A stretch of 64,000 bases of DNA from Leptogorgia sarmentosa (Eukaryota). The notes under the pieces are model-generated. The model had not been told where the DNA came from. It did no database searches and saw nothing but the letters and a program-made list of their open reading frames with translations. This document shows positions 12,701-26,100 of the stretch, one piece after another. The first letter of the stretch is position 1. Every line of letters begins with the position of its first letter. The DNA lies in contig OZ210885.1 in the NCBI GenBank assembly GCA_964658305.1, forward strand, positions 1,426,001-1,490,000. Direction: 5' to 3'. The position numbers and the translations under genes are program-made.

Positions 12701-15700
12701 TTTCGGAGTTCAGTTTCTCCTGCAATATGCCAGGTACTAGCTTTTCTGTGAATTTTCAAGAAATTTCAATGGACTTTCCCACTTTTCAGCCAATTTTTGA
12801 ATTAGATTCGAACTTTGATTATCACTTTCCGTGCGTAGGTAGCTAGTGCAAAAATATACGAATATCGAAAATGGCTACGATTTATTCTGCAGTATTTTCT
12901 TAACAACTTCTGATTTGTACCTGTACAGGTGACGCCATTTCCTGCATAACCAGTCTTGCAGGTACATGTGAAAGATCCTCTTGTGTTCTGGCAATTTGCA
13001 TTTTTATGACAGTTGTGTTTTCCTGAAATGCACTCGTCGATATCTGTAAATTTAGAAACATAATTTTGTTACGACATCATTGTTACCAAACAGGTAACCT
13101 AAGCACAGGTAAAGCTACCAGGACGATTGGTACACTGAGCATGCGCGTGACAGTTATCAACTTGTTTCGTACATTCATCAATATCTAAATAAAATTGAAT
13201 AACCGTTTTTAATCGGCTGCAGTATTTCGGAGTTCAGTTTCTCCTGCAATATGCCAGGTACTAGCTTTTCTGTGAATTTTCAAGAAATTTCAATGGACTT
13301 TCCCACTTTTCAGCCAATTTTTGAATTAGATTCGAACTTTGATTATCACTTTCCGTGCGTAGGTAGCTAGTGCAAAAATATACGAATATCGAAAATGGCT
13401 ACGATTTATTCTGCAGTATTTTCTTAACAACTTCTGATTTGTACCTGTACAGGTGACGCCATTTCCTGCATAACCAGTCTTGCAGGTACATGTGAAAGAT
13501 CCTCTTGTGTTCTGGCAATTTGCATTTTTATGACAGTTGTGTTTTCCTGAAATGCACTCGTCGATATCTGTAAATTTAGAAACATAATTTTGTTACGACA
13601 TCATTGTTACCAAACAGGTAACCTAGGTTAAAAAACCTGTGGATGACCTTTAGTTCGTGTTGAAATTACGGATAAATTAAAATTGAAGGTGCAATTACAT
13701 CAGCATGTAATGAGCCCTGCTTTTTATCCGTTTCTACAATCGGATTATTGTACTGAAGTACAGATTTAAACTGCACTACTAAAAGCCCAGGAAGATGTTA
13801 TATTCAACATAGATAGCTAGAAAGTCACATTACTCATTCGTTTTGATCTATGCGCTGCTTTCGACACTATAAACTTACTGGATGTCTTTAAATAGACTTG
13901 AGCCGGTTATGTTAGGAGTTATTGGAACTGTCTTGGAATAGTTGGGATTATATTTGTCAAAGGCCGATCGATTTCCACTCAGGATCATTACCTGTACAAG
14001 AAACGCCATTGCCTTTGAAACCCGGCTTACACTGGCATGTCCATGAGCCAACGGTATCTGTACATTTTGCGTTTACATGGCAGTTGTGAGTCCCAAGAGC
14101 ACATTCATTGATGTCTATAAAGATGGTAAATAATTATATAAACTTTAGTCTATGGCCAGTATATAGGTGGCAGATAACAACACTAATTAATTCCATACGA
14201 AGGTCCATTGCTCGAAAAGTCGTATCCGCGTTTAGGTGACTTAGTGAAGTTAACATTTGTTGCTGTTGACAATAAGGTTCAGTGGCAGGACACTATTGTT
14301 GTTAATCCTCCCATAATGTTCTCATGACAGCAAAGAAAGAGATAGATGTCAACGTACTGGCACAATTGGCTCCGTTTCCAGTGAAGCCAACATTACAAGC
14401 ACAGGTAAAGCTACCAGGAACTTTGGTACACTGAGCATGCTCGTCACAGTCATGAAGTTGTTCCGCACATTCATCAATATCGATATCTAAATAAAATTGA
14501 ATGAATAAGAGACAAAATCTGAATTGGTATCAGCACATACATCTTATATTATTTTGGTCCATATTACAAACGATATCGTGAACATCAGCTTAATAAGGCT
14601 GTGGTGTCTTGTTACCTTTAAAAGATATTTTGATTAAAATAATTATTATACTGTACCGTCACAATTCTTTCCAATCCACTTTGGATCACATTTGCATACG
14701 TAATCTACGGCGCTAACATCCTTACAAACACCGTTTTTACACGGCTTTTTTGCTTCACATGGGGGTGGTACTAAAATTCATAATTTCAACGACAATTGCA
14801 GCTACAATTATTTCAAATTAAACAGCATGATTTTTTTAAGTAACAATAACATTGGTCCCCTCAAAACTCTTTAGTAAACGTGTATTCTTATAATGTTGTA
14901 TTCAACCAATACTTTACCTTGACAGTCTTTTCCCGAGTAATGATCGATGCATGTGCACTTGTAGCCTGCGTTTACCTCTGCACATTTCCCTCCGTTTTGA
15001 CAAGGGTCTGTATCACATGGCGCAACTGAAATACATTAACGGAGATCCATGTTTTACGTTGGGTAGATCTAAACATACTGCTCTTGAAAAATGAGTAATA
15101 TATTTCAAGAAAAGACATGGAGTGAACTGTACAGTTTTTAAATAGCGCCCAGTTGGACAGCATTTGAGTACAATTAATGTGTATGCTTTTAAATAATATC
15201 TTTTCATTATCTCATGTTTTTATGTGACTTTGCAAGTTTTGATATATATATTCGGAGCAAACCACTGTTTTTTGCCTTTCACATTCTCACAAATAAAGTG
15301 AAAGATTGCACAAAATAGCCCATCACGCCGATTGCACAAAATCATGCTTTCGAGTGAGCAGCCATTTTACCTATGCATGCCTGGAATGCTTCCTAGAAAT
15401 CCAGCCATTGTGCGCTGTTGTTTTTTTTGGAATGCCTTGACGATCGAGTCATTTAGCTCTTGTTGCGGGGACACTATCCGCTGGGAAACCGTACGTTTTC
15501 CATTTCAGATTCCTGAATTCTGAAATCATATTGTCATGCATTTCCCGTAAATTCAACAATAATTTTGAAACATTTTGAAATATTGTATTGAATTCCATTT
15601 TCACTTTTTTCTTAACAACTTCTGATCTGTACCTCTACAGGTGACGCCATTTCCCACATAACCAGTCTTGCAGGTACATGTGAAAGATCCTCTTGTGTTC

Positions 15701-18700
15701 TGGCAATTTGCATTTTTATGACAGTTGTGTTTTCCTGAAATGCACTCGTTGATATCTGTAAATTTAGAAACAAAATTTTGTTACGACATCATTGTTACCA
15801 AACAGGTAACCTAGGTTAAGAAACCTGTGGATGACCTTTAGTTCGAGTTGAAATTACGGATAAATAATTATTAATGGTGTGTGGTCAATTACATCAGCAT
15901 GTAATGAAAAGTAAAGGGGTTAACCTGAGCCCTGCTCTTTATCTGTTACTACAATCGGATTATTGTACTGAAGTACTGAAGTAGATTATTTAAACTGCAC
16001 TGCTAAAAGCCCAGGATGATGTTATATTCAACATAGATAGCTAGAAAGTCACATTACTCCTTCGTTTTGATCTATGCGCTGCTTTCGACACTATAAACTA
16101 CTGGATGTCTTTAAATAGACTTGAGCCGGTTATGTTAGGAGTTATTGGAACTGTCTTGGAATAGTTTAGATTATATTTGTCAAAGGCCGATCGATTTCCA
16201 CTCAGGATCATTACCTGTACAAGAAACGCCATTGCCTTTGAAACCCGGCTTACACTGGCATGTCCATGAGCCAACGGTATCTGTACATTTTGCGTTTACA
16301 TGGCAGTTGTGAGTCCCAAGAGCACATTCATTGATGTCTATAAAGATGGTAAATAATTATATAAACTTCAGTCTATCGCCAGTATATAGGTGGCAGATAA
16401 CAACACTAATTAATTCCATACGAAGGTCCATTGCTCGAAAAGTCGTATCCGCGTTTAGGTGACTTAGTGAAGTTAACATTTGTTGCTGTTGACAATAAAG
16501 TTCAGTGGCAGGACACTATTGTTGTTAATCCTCCCATAATGTTCTCATGACAGCAAAGAAAGAGATAGATGTCAACGTACTGGCACAATTGGCTCCGTTT
16601 CCAGTGAAGCCAACATTACAAGCACAGGTAAAGCTACCAGGAACTTTGGTACACTGAGCATGCTCGTCACAGTCATGAAGTTGTTCCGCACATTCATCAA
16701 TATCGATATCTAAATAAAATTGAATGAATAAGAGACAAAATCTGAATTGGTATCAGCACATACATCTTATATTATTTTGGTCCATATTACAAACGATATC
16801 GTGAACATCGGCTTAATAAGGCTGTGGTGTCTTGTTACCTTTAAAAGATATTTTGATTAAAATAATTATTATACTGTACCGTCACAATTCTTTCCAATCC
16901 ACTTTGGATCACATTTGCATACGTAATCTACGGCGCTAACATCCTTACAAACACCGTTTTTACACGGCTTTTTTGCTTCACATGGGGGTGGTACTAAAAT
17001 TCATAATTTCAACGACAATTGCAGCTACAATTATTTCAAATTAAACAACATGATTTTTAAGTAACAATAACATTGGTCCCCTGAAAAATCTTTATTAAAC
17101 GTGTACTGATTCTTATAGCTAATGTTGTATTCAACCAATACTTTACCTTGACAGTCTTTTCCCGAGTAGTGATCGATGCATGTGCACTTGTAGCCTGTGT
17201 TTACCTCTTCACATGTCCCTCCGTTTTGACAAGGGTCTGCATCACATGGCGCAACTGAAATACATTAACGGAGATCCATGTTTTACGTTGGGTAGACCTA
17301 AACATACTGCTCTTGAAAAATGAGTAATATATTTCAAGAAAAGACATGGAGTGAACTGTACAGTTTTTAAATAGCGCCCAGTTGGACAGCATTTGAGTAC
17401 AATTAATGTGGATGCTTTTAAATAATATCTTTTCATTATCTCATGTTTTTATGTGACTTAGTAAGTTTTGATATATATATATATTCGGAGCAAACCACTG
17501 TTTGTTGCCTTTCATATTCTCACAAATAAAGTGAAAGATTGCACAAAATAGCCCATCACGCCGATTGCACAAAATCATGCTTTCGAGTGAGCAGCCATTT
17601 TACCTATGCATGCCTGGAATGCTTCCTAGAAATCCAGCCATTGTGCGCTGTTGTTTTTTTTGGAATGCCTTGACGATGGGGTCATTTAGCTCTTGTTGCG
17701 GGGACACTATCCGCTGGGAAACCGGTAACGTTTTACATTTCAGATTCCTGAATTCTGAAATACATATAGCTAGACATGCATTTCCCGTAAATTCAACAAT
17801 AATTTTGAAACATTTTGAAATATTGTATTGAATTCCATTTTCATTTTTTTCTTCTTGCACTTTACTATGTAGCTAGCTATATTTATGTATAATCAAAACA
17901 TTGTGCTTTTATATATTTGGCATACAATATTCTATATAATATTGGTAAACTTTTAAATCAAAATGAAATTGAATGAACATCCTTGAAGTAAGTTGATTTT
18001 TTTATCCATACTTTAAGCTAGATTAATTAATTTCGAAATACTGTAATATGGCTGATTATAATGCAACAGTATTTTCGTACAAATATTACAGTTTCATCAC
18101 TTTCATGCAGGTTGTATGTAGTAAGCCTACTAGCTACCCAAGATAATTTTGCTACTCTTGTTATACATAGTTACTTACTGGATTCACATACAAAACGTCG
18201 CTTTCTATCGCAAAAGAAATCATTCCACGTTCTGCGCCACATTTCAACGCAATCCTCACGTCCGCGTACATTGTTAGGCTCTCTTTTTCTCCAGTTGAAA
18301 TATGTCTGTGGTTTCCCGTCACTAGTCACAAACGTAGTGCTTCCACGTCTTTTTCTTACTACGCCAATGAACGTTCTGGCGTATGTCGGTTTGCTTACAA
18401 AAGTATCGTAAACAAAATTATTTTCTTTCTTTGAGTTGATATTCACCAGCGTCGCATTAAGTTTGCGGCAAGATTTGAGTGCCCCACTGTAAGATCGTTT
18501 TCCATTTGGTTTGTAATAGCACGACTTTGAAAAAGATTGCCAACCTTCACGACAACCTGTATTGCAAATAATATAAACGATTTTAAGCATGCGTTCATGC
18601 GATATTAAATAATGCCGTGTTTTAACTGTAATATGACTCCTAATTGTTGTACTTGTTGTCCTATAGCTGTTTCTTCAACATATATCATGCAATAATTCAA

Positions 18701-19772
18701 CAATTATTTTTATTCACTATAATACAGATTACTTCACGGTTGGCGAGTGTGTACGATTTTTATTTACGAGTTGTGATGGATCCTTAAACAAACGAGTGAA
18801 CGCAGGGAACGAGCGAATTTTGCGATCCATCAACGAGAATATCAGTAAACTTCAAACGGTGCAAATTTTTGCCGCACGTTTGGTTTGTTAACGCAAAAAT
18901 GATCATATAACGCCAGTTTTGAAACAATTAAAATGGCTGCCGGTTAAAAAGATTCTGTATTTACGGGATTGTGTGATGACGTATAAATGCATGAAAAATA
19001 GAGCACCAGAATATCTCAGTGTCAAAGGTTCATAATGCGATCTGACATAATTTGCCGTGATGCACGCCATGCAGAGTAATCAACTCCATAAACCTCTAAT
19101 TATGAAACAACGACGGCTCAGAAATCCTTCATATACAGGGCCTCTACACTCTGGAATGATTTAGACGAATCCCTTAAATCTAAATCTACGGTTCAAAGCT
19201 TTAAATATAATTTGAAGAAGAACCTTCTAATTGAATTTTTAAATAAGTAGCCCTTTTTACATTTGATTATAGTCGTTCAATATAACAACTTAATTTGTAA
19301 AGATAGATAAATAGGTAAATATATAGATTGTGTAATTATACACATCTCTTGTAAATTTGACCTGAAAAGCCTTACGAGCTAGGAGTTAAAAGTATGTATG
19401 TATGAGTTAATAATAAAAATCGTACAAACAAGCCAACTGTGAAGTATAATTTGTTTATTATGAGTGTAAAGAAGAGATACTGACATACGGCAATGACGAG
19501 CGAAATATGTTAATATAAAATTTTTTACCGCTTATTGCTTTGTTTTCTTAAAAAATTCGTATGACCAATCAGAACGCTCATACGGCAAATTTCACGTGTG
19601 AAAAACATCGTATGCAGTGAGATACATGCAAATTGTATTTCGCGGCTCTATTGCAGGTAATCATGTAATCATGTACTCATATAATAAAGACTAATTCAAT
19701 TTTGCGTATACCTTCAAGTCCTGCCACCATCCCCAACAAGACGATGATCAAAATACTGCGATCGTTTTTCAT
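6788..19772 (-). CDS. Gene A: secreted CTLD(EPN/WND)-13xEGF/cbEGF-VWD(GDPH)-C8-EGF-CTLD protein, ~1091 aa, 20 coding exons
   Basis: Exons: 19772-19712 (signal [20 protein letters not shown]); 18556-18179 (CTLD, EPNN..DCVEM..WND); EGF/cbEGF 17254-17147, 16993-16880, 16709-16581, 16337-16215, 15755-15633, 15025-14918, 14770-14657, 14486-14358, 14114-13992, 13567-13445, 13043-12921, 12519-12397, 11258-11145; VWD 10269-10000; VWD/C8 9398-8862; EGF 8370-8254; CTLD 7691-7344; last 6798-6788 (RKE*). All AG/GT bounded, all introns phase 1, 3276 nt open frame. Confidence 0.85.
10933..11015 (+). other. Structured, tRNA/SINE-head-like intronic element, antisense to the genes (copies 35451-35533, 48444-48526)
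   Basis: Closing stem TATTGGGT/ACCCAATA with internal hairpins GGTGG/CCACC and CAGGCGT/ACGCCTG; B-box-like GTTCGA. Confidence 0.35.
11805..12335. mobile_element. Nested palindromic interspersed repeats (related copies at ~1030-1285, ~33770-33970, ~50320-50520)
   Basis: Shared AAATAGAAAACATTTTCC..GAGAAA..GGAAACAC start with ~1030; internal hairpin GAGATGATAGTTGAT..ATCAACTATCATCTC; AATGCTGCAATTTGAT block recurs in B/C introns. Confidence 0.6.
12375..13626. repeat. 524-bp tandem repeat (~2.4 copies), each carrying a cbEGF exon
   Basis: Exon ends at 12397, 12921 and 13445 (period 524); near-identical sequence. Confidence 0.95.
12575..12660 (-). pseudogene. Truncated cbEGF exon relic with intact acceptor and in-frame TAG (second copy at 13099-13184)
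   Basis: ttttatttag|ATATTGATGAATGT.. encodes (D)[27 protein letters not shown] and is fused to the intron sequence that precedes the next cbEGF exon. Confidence 0.8.
13421..17853. repeat. Tandem duplication of a ~2.2 kb five-exon block (2 EGF + 3 cbEGF) inside gene A
   Basis: Units ~13421-15610 and ~15611-17853 are near-identical in exons and introns (offsets 2188-2229); shared TTTTCTT at the junction. Confidence 0.95.
13735..13960 (+). mobile_element. LINE RT fragment in gene A intron (duplicated at ~15955-16185)
   Basis: [27 protein letters not shown] resembles the DLSAAFDT motif of L2/CR1 reverse transcriptases. Confidence 0.7.
18840..19403 (+). mobile_element. 5'-truncated LINE 3' end with (GTAT)n tail, antisense in gene A intron, nested in a palindromic repeat
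   Basis: Translates to [43 protein letters not shown] and ends GTATGTATGTATG. Flanks TTCACGGTTGGC..GTACGATTTTTA / TAAAAATCGTAC..GCCAACTGTGAA are inverted. Confidence 0.8.
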
Positions 19773-20558
19773 TCTCTGTGGTGACGAGATAAAATTAAAA
19801 ATAGAAGCAATTGTTTCTGTATTCGCATTCCTGCACTCGAATTAGTGTGGGTGATGCCCTCACCTAAATACATTAGTTTTGTAGTACAATATAATTATTT
19901 GTAGCCTAATATGCACAGTAAAAAAGATGACATCAACTTTGATATTCGCGTGCATTATTTTGAAATTCACCAAATTCGACACAAAGCTTCATTCGGGAGT
20001 CTGGGAACCACATGCACTGAATTCGGATAAGAATGCACAACATTTACCAGAACAATATAGGTTTTTATTAAAAGGGAAGACATCATCATCAAAGGGAACA
20101 GTTCACAGTTTTGGAACACTCATGCACTCATGCCATTTTATTGTAAACCACAGTCCTAGATTCAATCGAATGATTCAGTTTAGTGTCATTCTACCTATCG
20201 AGGACTGCTGCGGACTGGCGCCTGTCAAAAGCTCATACCTAATAAATTTTACCATCAGAGAACGTTTCAAAACTTTATGAATCCTGGTCAGAAATATAGT
20301 GCATGTAACTAGTAATGAAAAACATCTAAAAGATAGTCTTAAATATTGAGCTAAACTTTGCAATTTGGTGGCAAATTTATTGAAATTTAAATAAAATGCT
20401 AGTTAAATCTGAGAATTGAGCTAAGTTTCTTTGTCGCTTAAATCAAATGACCCAAGAGCAAGGATTTTTCAGAGTACGTACCATATACTCACACTATGTT
20501 CTCTTTGCAGTAAATGAAATTGCAAAATGCCCATGCATTATTACATTCAAATCCTTAC

Positions 20559-20660
20559 CTTTAGTGTGCCAGAGAAGCTTGTCCTATAATGTGGCTCCGA
20601 GCAAGTCTGGATCTTTCTCTCTTCGAACCTATACTTATGTCAACCATAATAATGAATTTT
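20559..20660 (-). promoter_or_regulatory. Putative core promoter and non-coding first exon of gene A
   Basis: ATTCATTATTATGGTTGACATAAGTAT motif shared with B/C/D, followed by donor CTAAAG|GTAAGG (exon end 20559); acceptor CACAG| just before the ATG. Confidence 0.55.
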
Positions 20661-20744
20661 TCATGAATATAGACACAAACAAGATATCAAATGTCATACG
20701 ACGGTTGCACAAAAAAAGAAAATGTTTCGTTTTTATTTAAATTC

Positions 20745-23700
20745 AGGTCAAGGTTTCTCAATGTTTCGTGCACGGGAAATGGATCATGAAGCACACTTGA
20801 AACAAGTGTACAAAGTCAATGATCCCTAGCCATCTTGGAGAAAGTCCAAAGGACTGGACAGCCCAGTCACGAATAGCGATATCCTGACTTCGTGTCAATA
20901 TCAGTCATGTCACTTCCCATGAAACACAACATAGTTCTTATTTCGATGAATATATTCGTTACCTTAAAATCTACAATGAGGTATATTAATTTTAAAATCA
21001 TATCATTACGTATAATCTGTGATAAAAGCTGGGAAACCTATAAACATTTTGAGCAGAGTCCTACATGTATCATGCATCCGATGATGCAGGATAACTTTTG
21101 AAGTCTCTATAGATCGTCGCGAATGGCATTTTTGATATTTCATGCATACATCTTCTTCGTCGCCTCATATATGCATATTCGTTCTGGACTACTTGTGATT
21201 TTTGCATGATTTCGAATATTTTGTTGCAATAAAGATTAATGAAATAAACTTCCTTTTTTAGCGGGGGGAGATATTCCGGCTCCATTCCAATCGTGAGTTC
21301 TTTTTGCATCATTTTTGTACATAATGAGTAGACTTTTTCCACCTAGCTTATACTTGAAAGCACAAAATGAAAAATATACTTGAAAGATTAAATAAACTAG
21401 ACGGGAAATACAGAGTATTTTAATAAAACACAACTACAAATAACATTTGAAAGTTTTCCTCAAATCAAGAAATATAAGTCTAATTACTTCAGATACTGTT
21501 AGATATGCAATGCAGTTAAGTAGGAAGAGTTTAATAATGTCATATAATCAGGTCTCTTGGAAGCGTTAGCACTGCATTAATGGATATTTGGTTTTCTTCC
21601 GGAGTGATGCCGACACTCTTTGTATCCATATTAACGGTTTTAACCAATTAACAATAATTATTAATGAATATATTAAGCTACATTATGTTATAATAGCATG
21701 CATAATGTAAGTAGAGTCGGGCGATAATCAATTTTGTATTGTCACAAAAAATAATTTGAGTATAAATTTCTGAGCGTTGACATGTTCGTGGTATGGATCT
21801 GTTTTGCCAATAAGTAAATAATAATGCGCATGCTTGATGCTTTCGCAGCCGCGGACACGAAGACTGCTCGACTATGATAACCAATTTGTGCAGTGATAAG
21901 TGAGATTTGTGCAGTGAATAACATACGTTATTTATCATTTGATTATCAGAATTTTGGAATGACCTTTAAGTTTAAGCATGGCTACAACAAAAACGGTACT
22001 CGTACATTTTAGCTACATATACCTATTTAGCAAAACTAAATAGGAAAGAATACGAAATGAAGTGGAACTACGTAAATGTGAATGTAATCTGGGGAATATA
22101 GGAGTACATTCACTAAATATAGCCAACGACAAAGTACCCCGACAATTTTATTGTTTCCAAAAGCCAAAATACGTACACTATAGACACATTATGAGTATGG
22201 ATACATGACATTATAAGTCAATTAGGCAGTGGCGTAGCAGGGGAAGATGGGGCCCTTTGGGTCTATTTAGTGTTGAGGGGGCAGTTGACTGTCATGGTTT
22301 GACTGTGCTGACTGCTGAAGCCTAGAATTTTTCATGATTAGTTCAGAAGCTGTATTTAGTTTGTCCCTTTACATCTGATTGCTTCACTGATTCTTATTTC
22401 TTAAATATTAACCTTTTCGTTTCTATGTAAATTTAGGTCAAGGTTTCTCAATATCTCGTGCAAGGGAAATGGCTCATGAAGCATACTTGAAACAAGTGTA
22501 CAAAGTCAGGTACTATTAGATATGCATTGCAGTTAAGTATAGGAAGAGTTTAATAATGTCATATAATGAGGTCTCTTGGAAGCGTTAGCACTGCATTAAT
22601 GGATATTTGGTTTTCTTCCGGCGTGATGCCGACAACTCTTTGTATCCATATTAACGGTTTTACAATTATTAATTCATGTATTAATTATGTTATATAGCAT
22701 GCATAATGTAAGTAGAAACGGCCGATAATCAATTTTGTATTGTCACAAAAAATAATTTGAGTATAAACGTCTGAGCGTTCAAGTTCTCGTGGTATGGATC
22801 TGCTTTGCCATAAGTAAATAATAATGCGCATGCTTTCGCAGCCGGACACGAAGACTGCTCGACTAAAAAGCTTTAGTTTTCTCTTGGAGTCTGCAGCTCT
22901 TCGCAAAGAAGAAGAAGAAGCAGCATTCAGCAGAAGAATTTATTGCTTTAATTGCCAGTAGAATATATTAAATATAGTTGCCGTTTCAGCAAGTCCATCT
23001 AAATTGGCATTATCAAATCCTTCCTTCCTAACTATTAATTTTATCAATTATGGGTGAAAACAGTTGGAACTTTCATTCATCTAAACTTTCTAAACGTCAT
23101 TATGATGGGAAATTGTCGTTGCTTTGTAGCTATTTTATGAAGAGATGCAGAATTTGCTCCAAAATTCGAAGAGATATTGTGGTATCACTAGAAGACGGTT
23201 GTTCGAAGTCTGCATGTTTGGCACCTAGCCATCAGCCCAAAAAATATCCAGCAAGGTGATGTTATCCGTTCTCATTGAATAATCAAAATAATCTGAAAAG
23301 AACATCCATGTACACAATTTTAATATGTTGAATGTTTAAATTATTTTAATGTATAGTTATTGACAATAATTTATGAGTAGGGAGTGTATTTCCAATTTGA
23401 CTTATCCACAGTAGAAATAGGGGACGGAGCTACATCAGGCCATTTCCTTGTTAACTCGCACAATTGCTGGCGAAAATTTGCCGATTAAGCCATAAACGAA
23501 CGAAATACTTTGAGGGTCTTAATTTGGACAACAGCACGCACGACGAAACAACCCTGTCAAAAGCTGTCACAAAAATTTTAATTTACCTACTACATTGCTT
23601 TTCAAACATGACTGACATCAAAAAAGGAGGGGGCGGAGACGTTGCACACCCAGCAATAACGCCCACCCTCCAACAATTGTTTAATGTACGTAATCGAGTT

Positions 23701-26100
23701 AGAAGTTGCACCTGAATCATGCGGATGCATGTTCAAATTTTACAGCCATGCAGGTTAATTGTGCTTATTTGTAAAATGTCCAGCCTGCCAAGCAAGATTA
23801 GACTTGATGTTCAGACGAAAACAAGATGTCAACAAGTCGTGCCAACCAGTTCCATATAAATGCAAGATGAATAATAATGAAATTGTAACATTAAGAGCTC
23901 AAGAATAAGCTCCACGTAGCTTCGGGGCTGCCTCGACTCGAAAATTTATAAGCTCCCCCTCTTGGCCGACATTTTATTCGACAAAGTAAACTGCGGCAAA
24001 AGTTAAAACTAATTGCTTCTAATAATTTACCGAAAGCCATACATGCAATGCAGCTCGAAAACAAACTAGAGTAGCTACTTTACCTCCTGCGTATTCGCTG
24101 GCCGCGTTTTATGCCGTATTGAAACTTTTGCTGTCCTGTCGTATTGACTTTGTCATTAGACAACTGTGAGCTGATAGCTATAGGCCATAATGTAAAAATT
24201 GTATTCGGTATTATCTATAATTAATATACGCTATTAAAAATAAATAAATTTCAAAAATGCGGTATTATATCATTTCTATATGTGTTTATGAGATTATAAG
24301 TGGCATCCTTATAGTGGCCCCAACCAGACTGCGACCGTTACGCTCTTTAAGTTCAATCATCCATCCTACAATTATAATATCAGACTGAAAAATCTGATGA
24401 ATAATTTCACAAAAGAAAGGGAAAAGTTGTTAAGACTTTGGCTTTGCTTTTTTGCTTGGTATAAGCTGTTCCGTAAAGTAAAGATGCTGGCTTTCCAAAT
24501 GCGATTTCAGTTATTAGCTCACTATTATTATTTGCCAGAGATATTATTCTAACTAAAGGTGCAATGATAACCAATTTGTGCAGTGATAAATGAGATTTGT
24601 GTAGTGAATAACATACGTTATTTTTCATTTTAATATTAGAATTTGGGAATAGACTTTAAGTTTAAAAGCATATGCAACAACAACGGTTCCATTATATACC
24701 TAGCATAACTAAATAGAAACGAATCACTACACTACAGTTTTATGTTCTGACTTCTGAATTAGTGAATTTGAACTAAATGTCTTGTGAATGTCATCTGGGG
24801 AGTATAAGAGTACATTCTCTTGATGCAGCCATAGACAAAGTAGCTTTGAATATTTTATTGTCTCCCAAAGCCAAAATACGTACATTATACACACATTATG
24901 AGTATGGATACATGACATTGTAAGTCAATTAGGCAGTTGCGTCGCACTGTAAGATGGGGCCATTAGGCTATTTTGCGTGGTGGTGGGGGAGGGGAGGGGC
25001 AGTTGACTGTCATGGCTTGACTGAGAAGCGAAATAGCCCTGGAATCGGCTGGCCATTGACACCCCTCATTTTGTGGTGTCAGAAATTAAATCCGAATTAA
25101 ATTTTGCATGGGTAAATTTTAGTTTTAATATAATGAGCGACACTATTATTTCATACATCAATAAATTCTACACACAGAAACTGTACAAGGGCGAGTTTTA
25201 TTAAAGTTTTCGATACATTTAAAGGGCTCACATTGATACTAGTTCTTCTGAACTGACGTGACTACCCTGATGAAATAAAGTTGATTTGATTTGATTTGTA
25301 TTTGCTAGAAATAATGTCCATAGTTTCTGTTCAAAACAAAAGAAGGTTCAATGTAATTAAATGCATGTTGCTCGAGCGTTCGATTTATAACAGTTTACTG
25401 TTCTTCCAACAGGCTTCGGGTAATCGATTCCGTTCAAACTTTTGGCGGACATTTCGCGGGTAAAATCATGCCCAAACATTGTCTTGGTCATATCTCCACT
25501 GCAATATCCCTGGGACACAAGTTTCGCCGCTAAATCAGTGCTAAATGAACGTTTTTGCAGTTGTTTCGATGTCCATTGCACGTCGCTTGTGTATATTTAC
25601 AATTAACAAAGGTGATGTATAATTATTATAGTTAATAACGATCCCCAGCTACCCGATGCCAGGTATATTTTGCGTCTACTTCCGCAAATAACCCTGGCGA
25701 TGAGGTTGTGAAGAGTGCTGACTTTTGAAGCCTAGAATTTTTCATGATTAGTTCAGAAGCTGTATTTAGTTTATCCCTTTACAGCTGATTGTTTCATTGA
25801 TTCTTATTTCTCAAATATTAACCTTTTCGTTTCTGTGTAAATTTAGGTCAAGGTTTCTCAATGTCTCATGGACGGGAAATGCATAATGAAGCATACTTGA
25901 AACACGTGTACATAGTCAAAAACAAGTGTACAAAGTCAATTATCTCTAAACAGATATTGTAGAAAGTTACGTATCTGGGCATCCTAGTCACGAACAGCAA
26001 TAAATTCACTTCCCTTGAAAACCAACATAGTAATTATTTCGATGAATATTCGTTACCTTAAAATCTCCAATGACGTATATATTTAAAGTCATCTCATTAC
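20745..26100. repeat. Patchwork of short direct duplications in the A-B intergenic region
   Basis: ~21490-21875 ~ 22512-22865; ~21875-22300 ~ 24565-25022 (related to ~61245-61520); ~22305-22508 ~ 25715-25940. The AGGTCAAGGTTTCTCAAT..GAAGCAYACTTGAAAC block occurs at ~20745, ~22435, ~25845 and inverted at ~58925-58990. Confidence 0.75.

Noticed and set aside
15332..17860. ORFs at 15332, 17565, 17600, 14972 and 17201
   Set aside because: Intronic, no recognisable domains, frame not preserved between the two 2.2 kb copies or overlapping EGF exons out of frame.
23050..25581. Short intergenic ORFs (23050, 23464, 25357)
   Set aside because: No recognisable motifs or consistent splice structure; likely decayed repeats.
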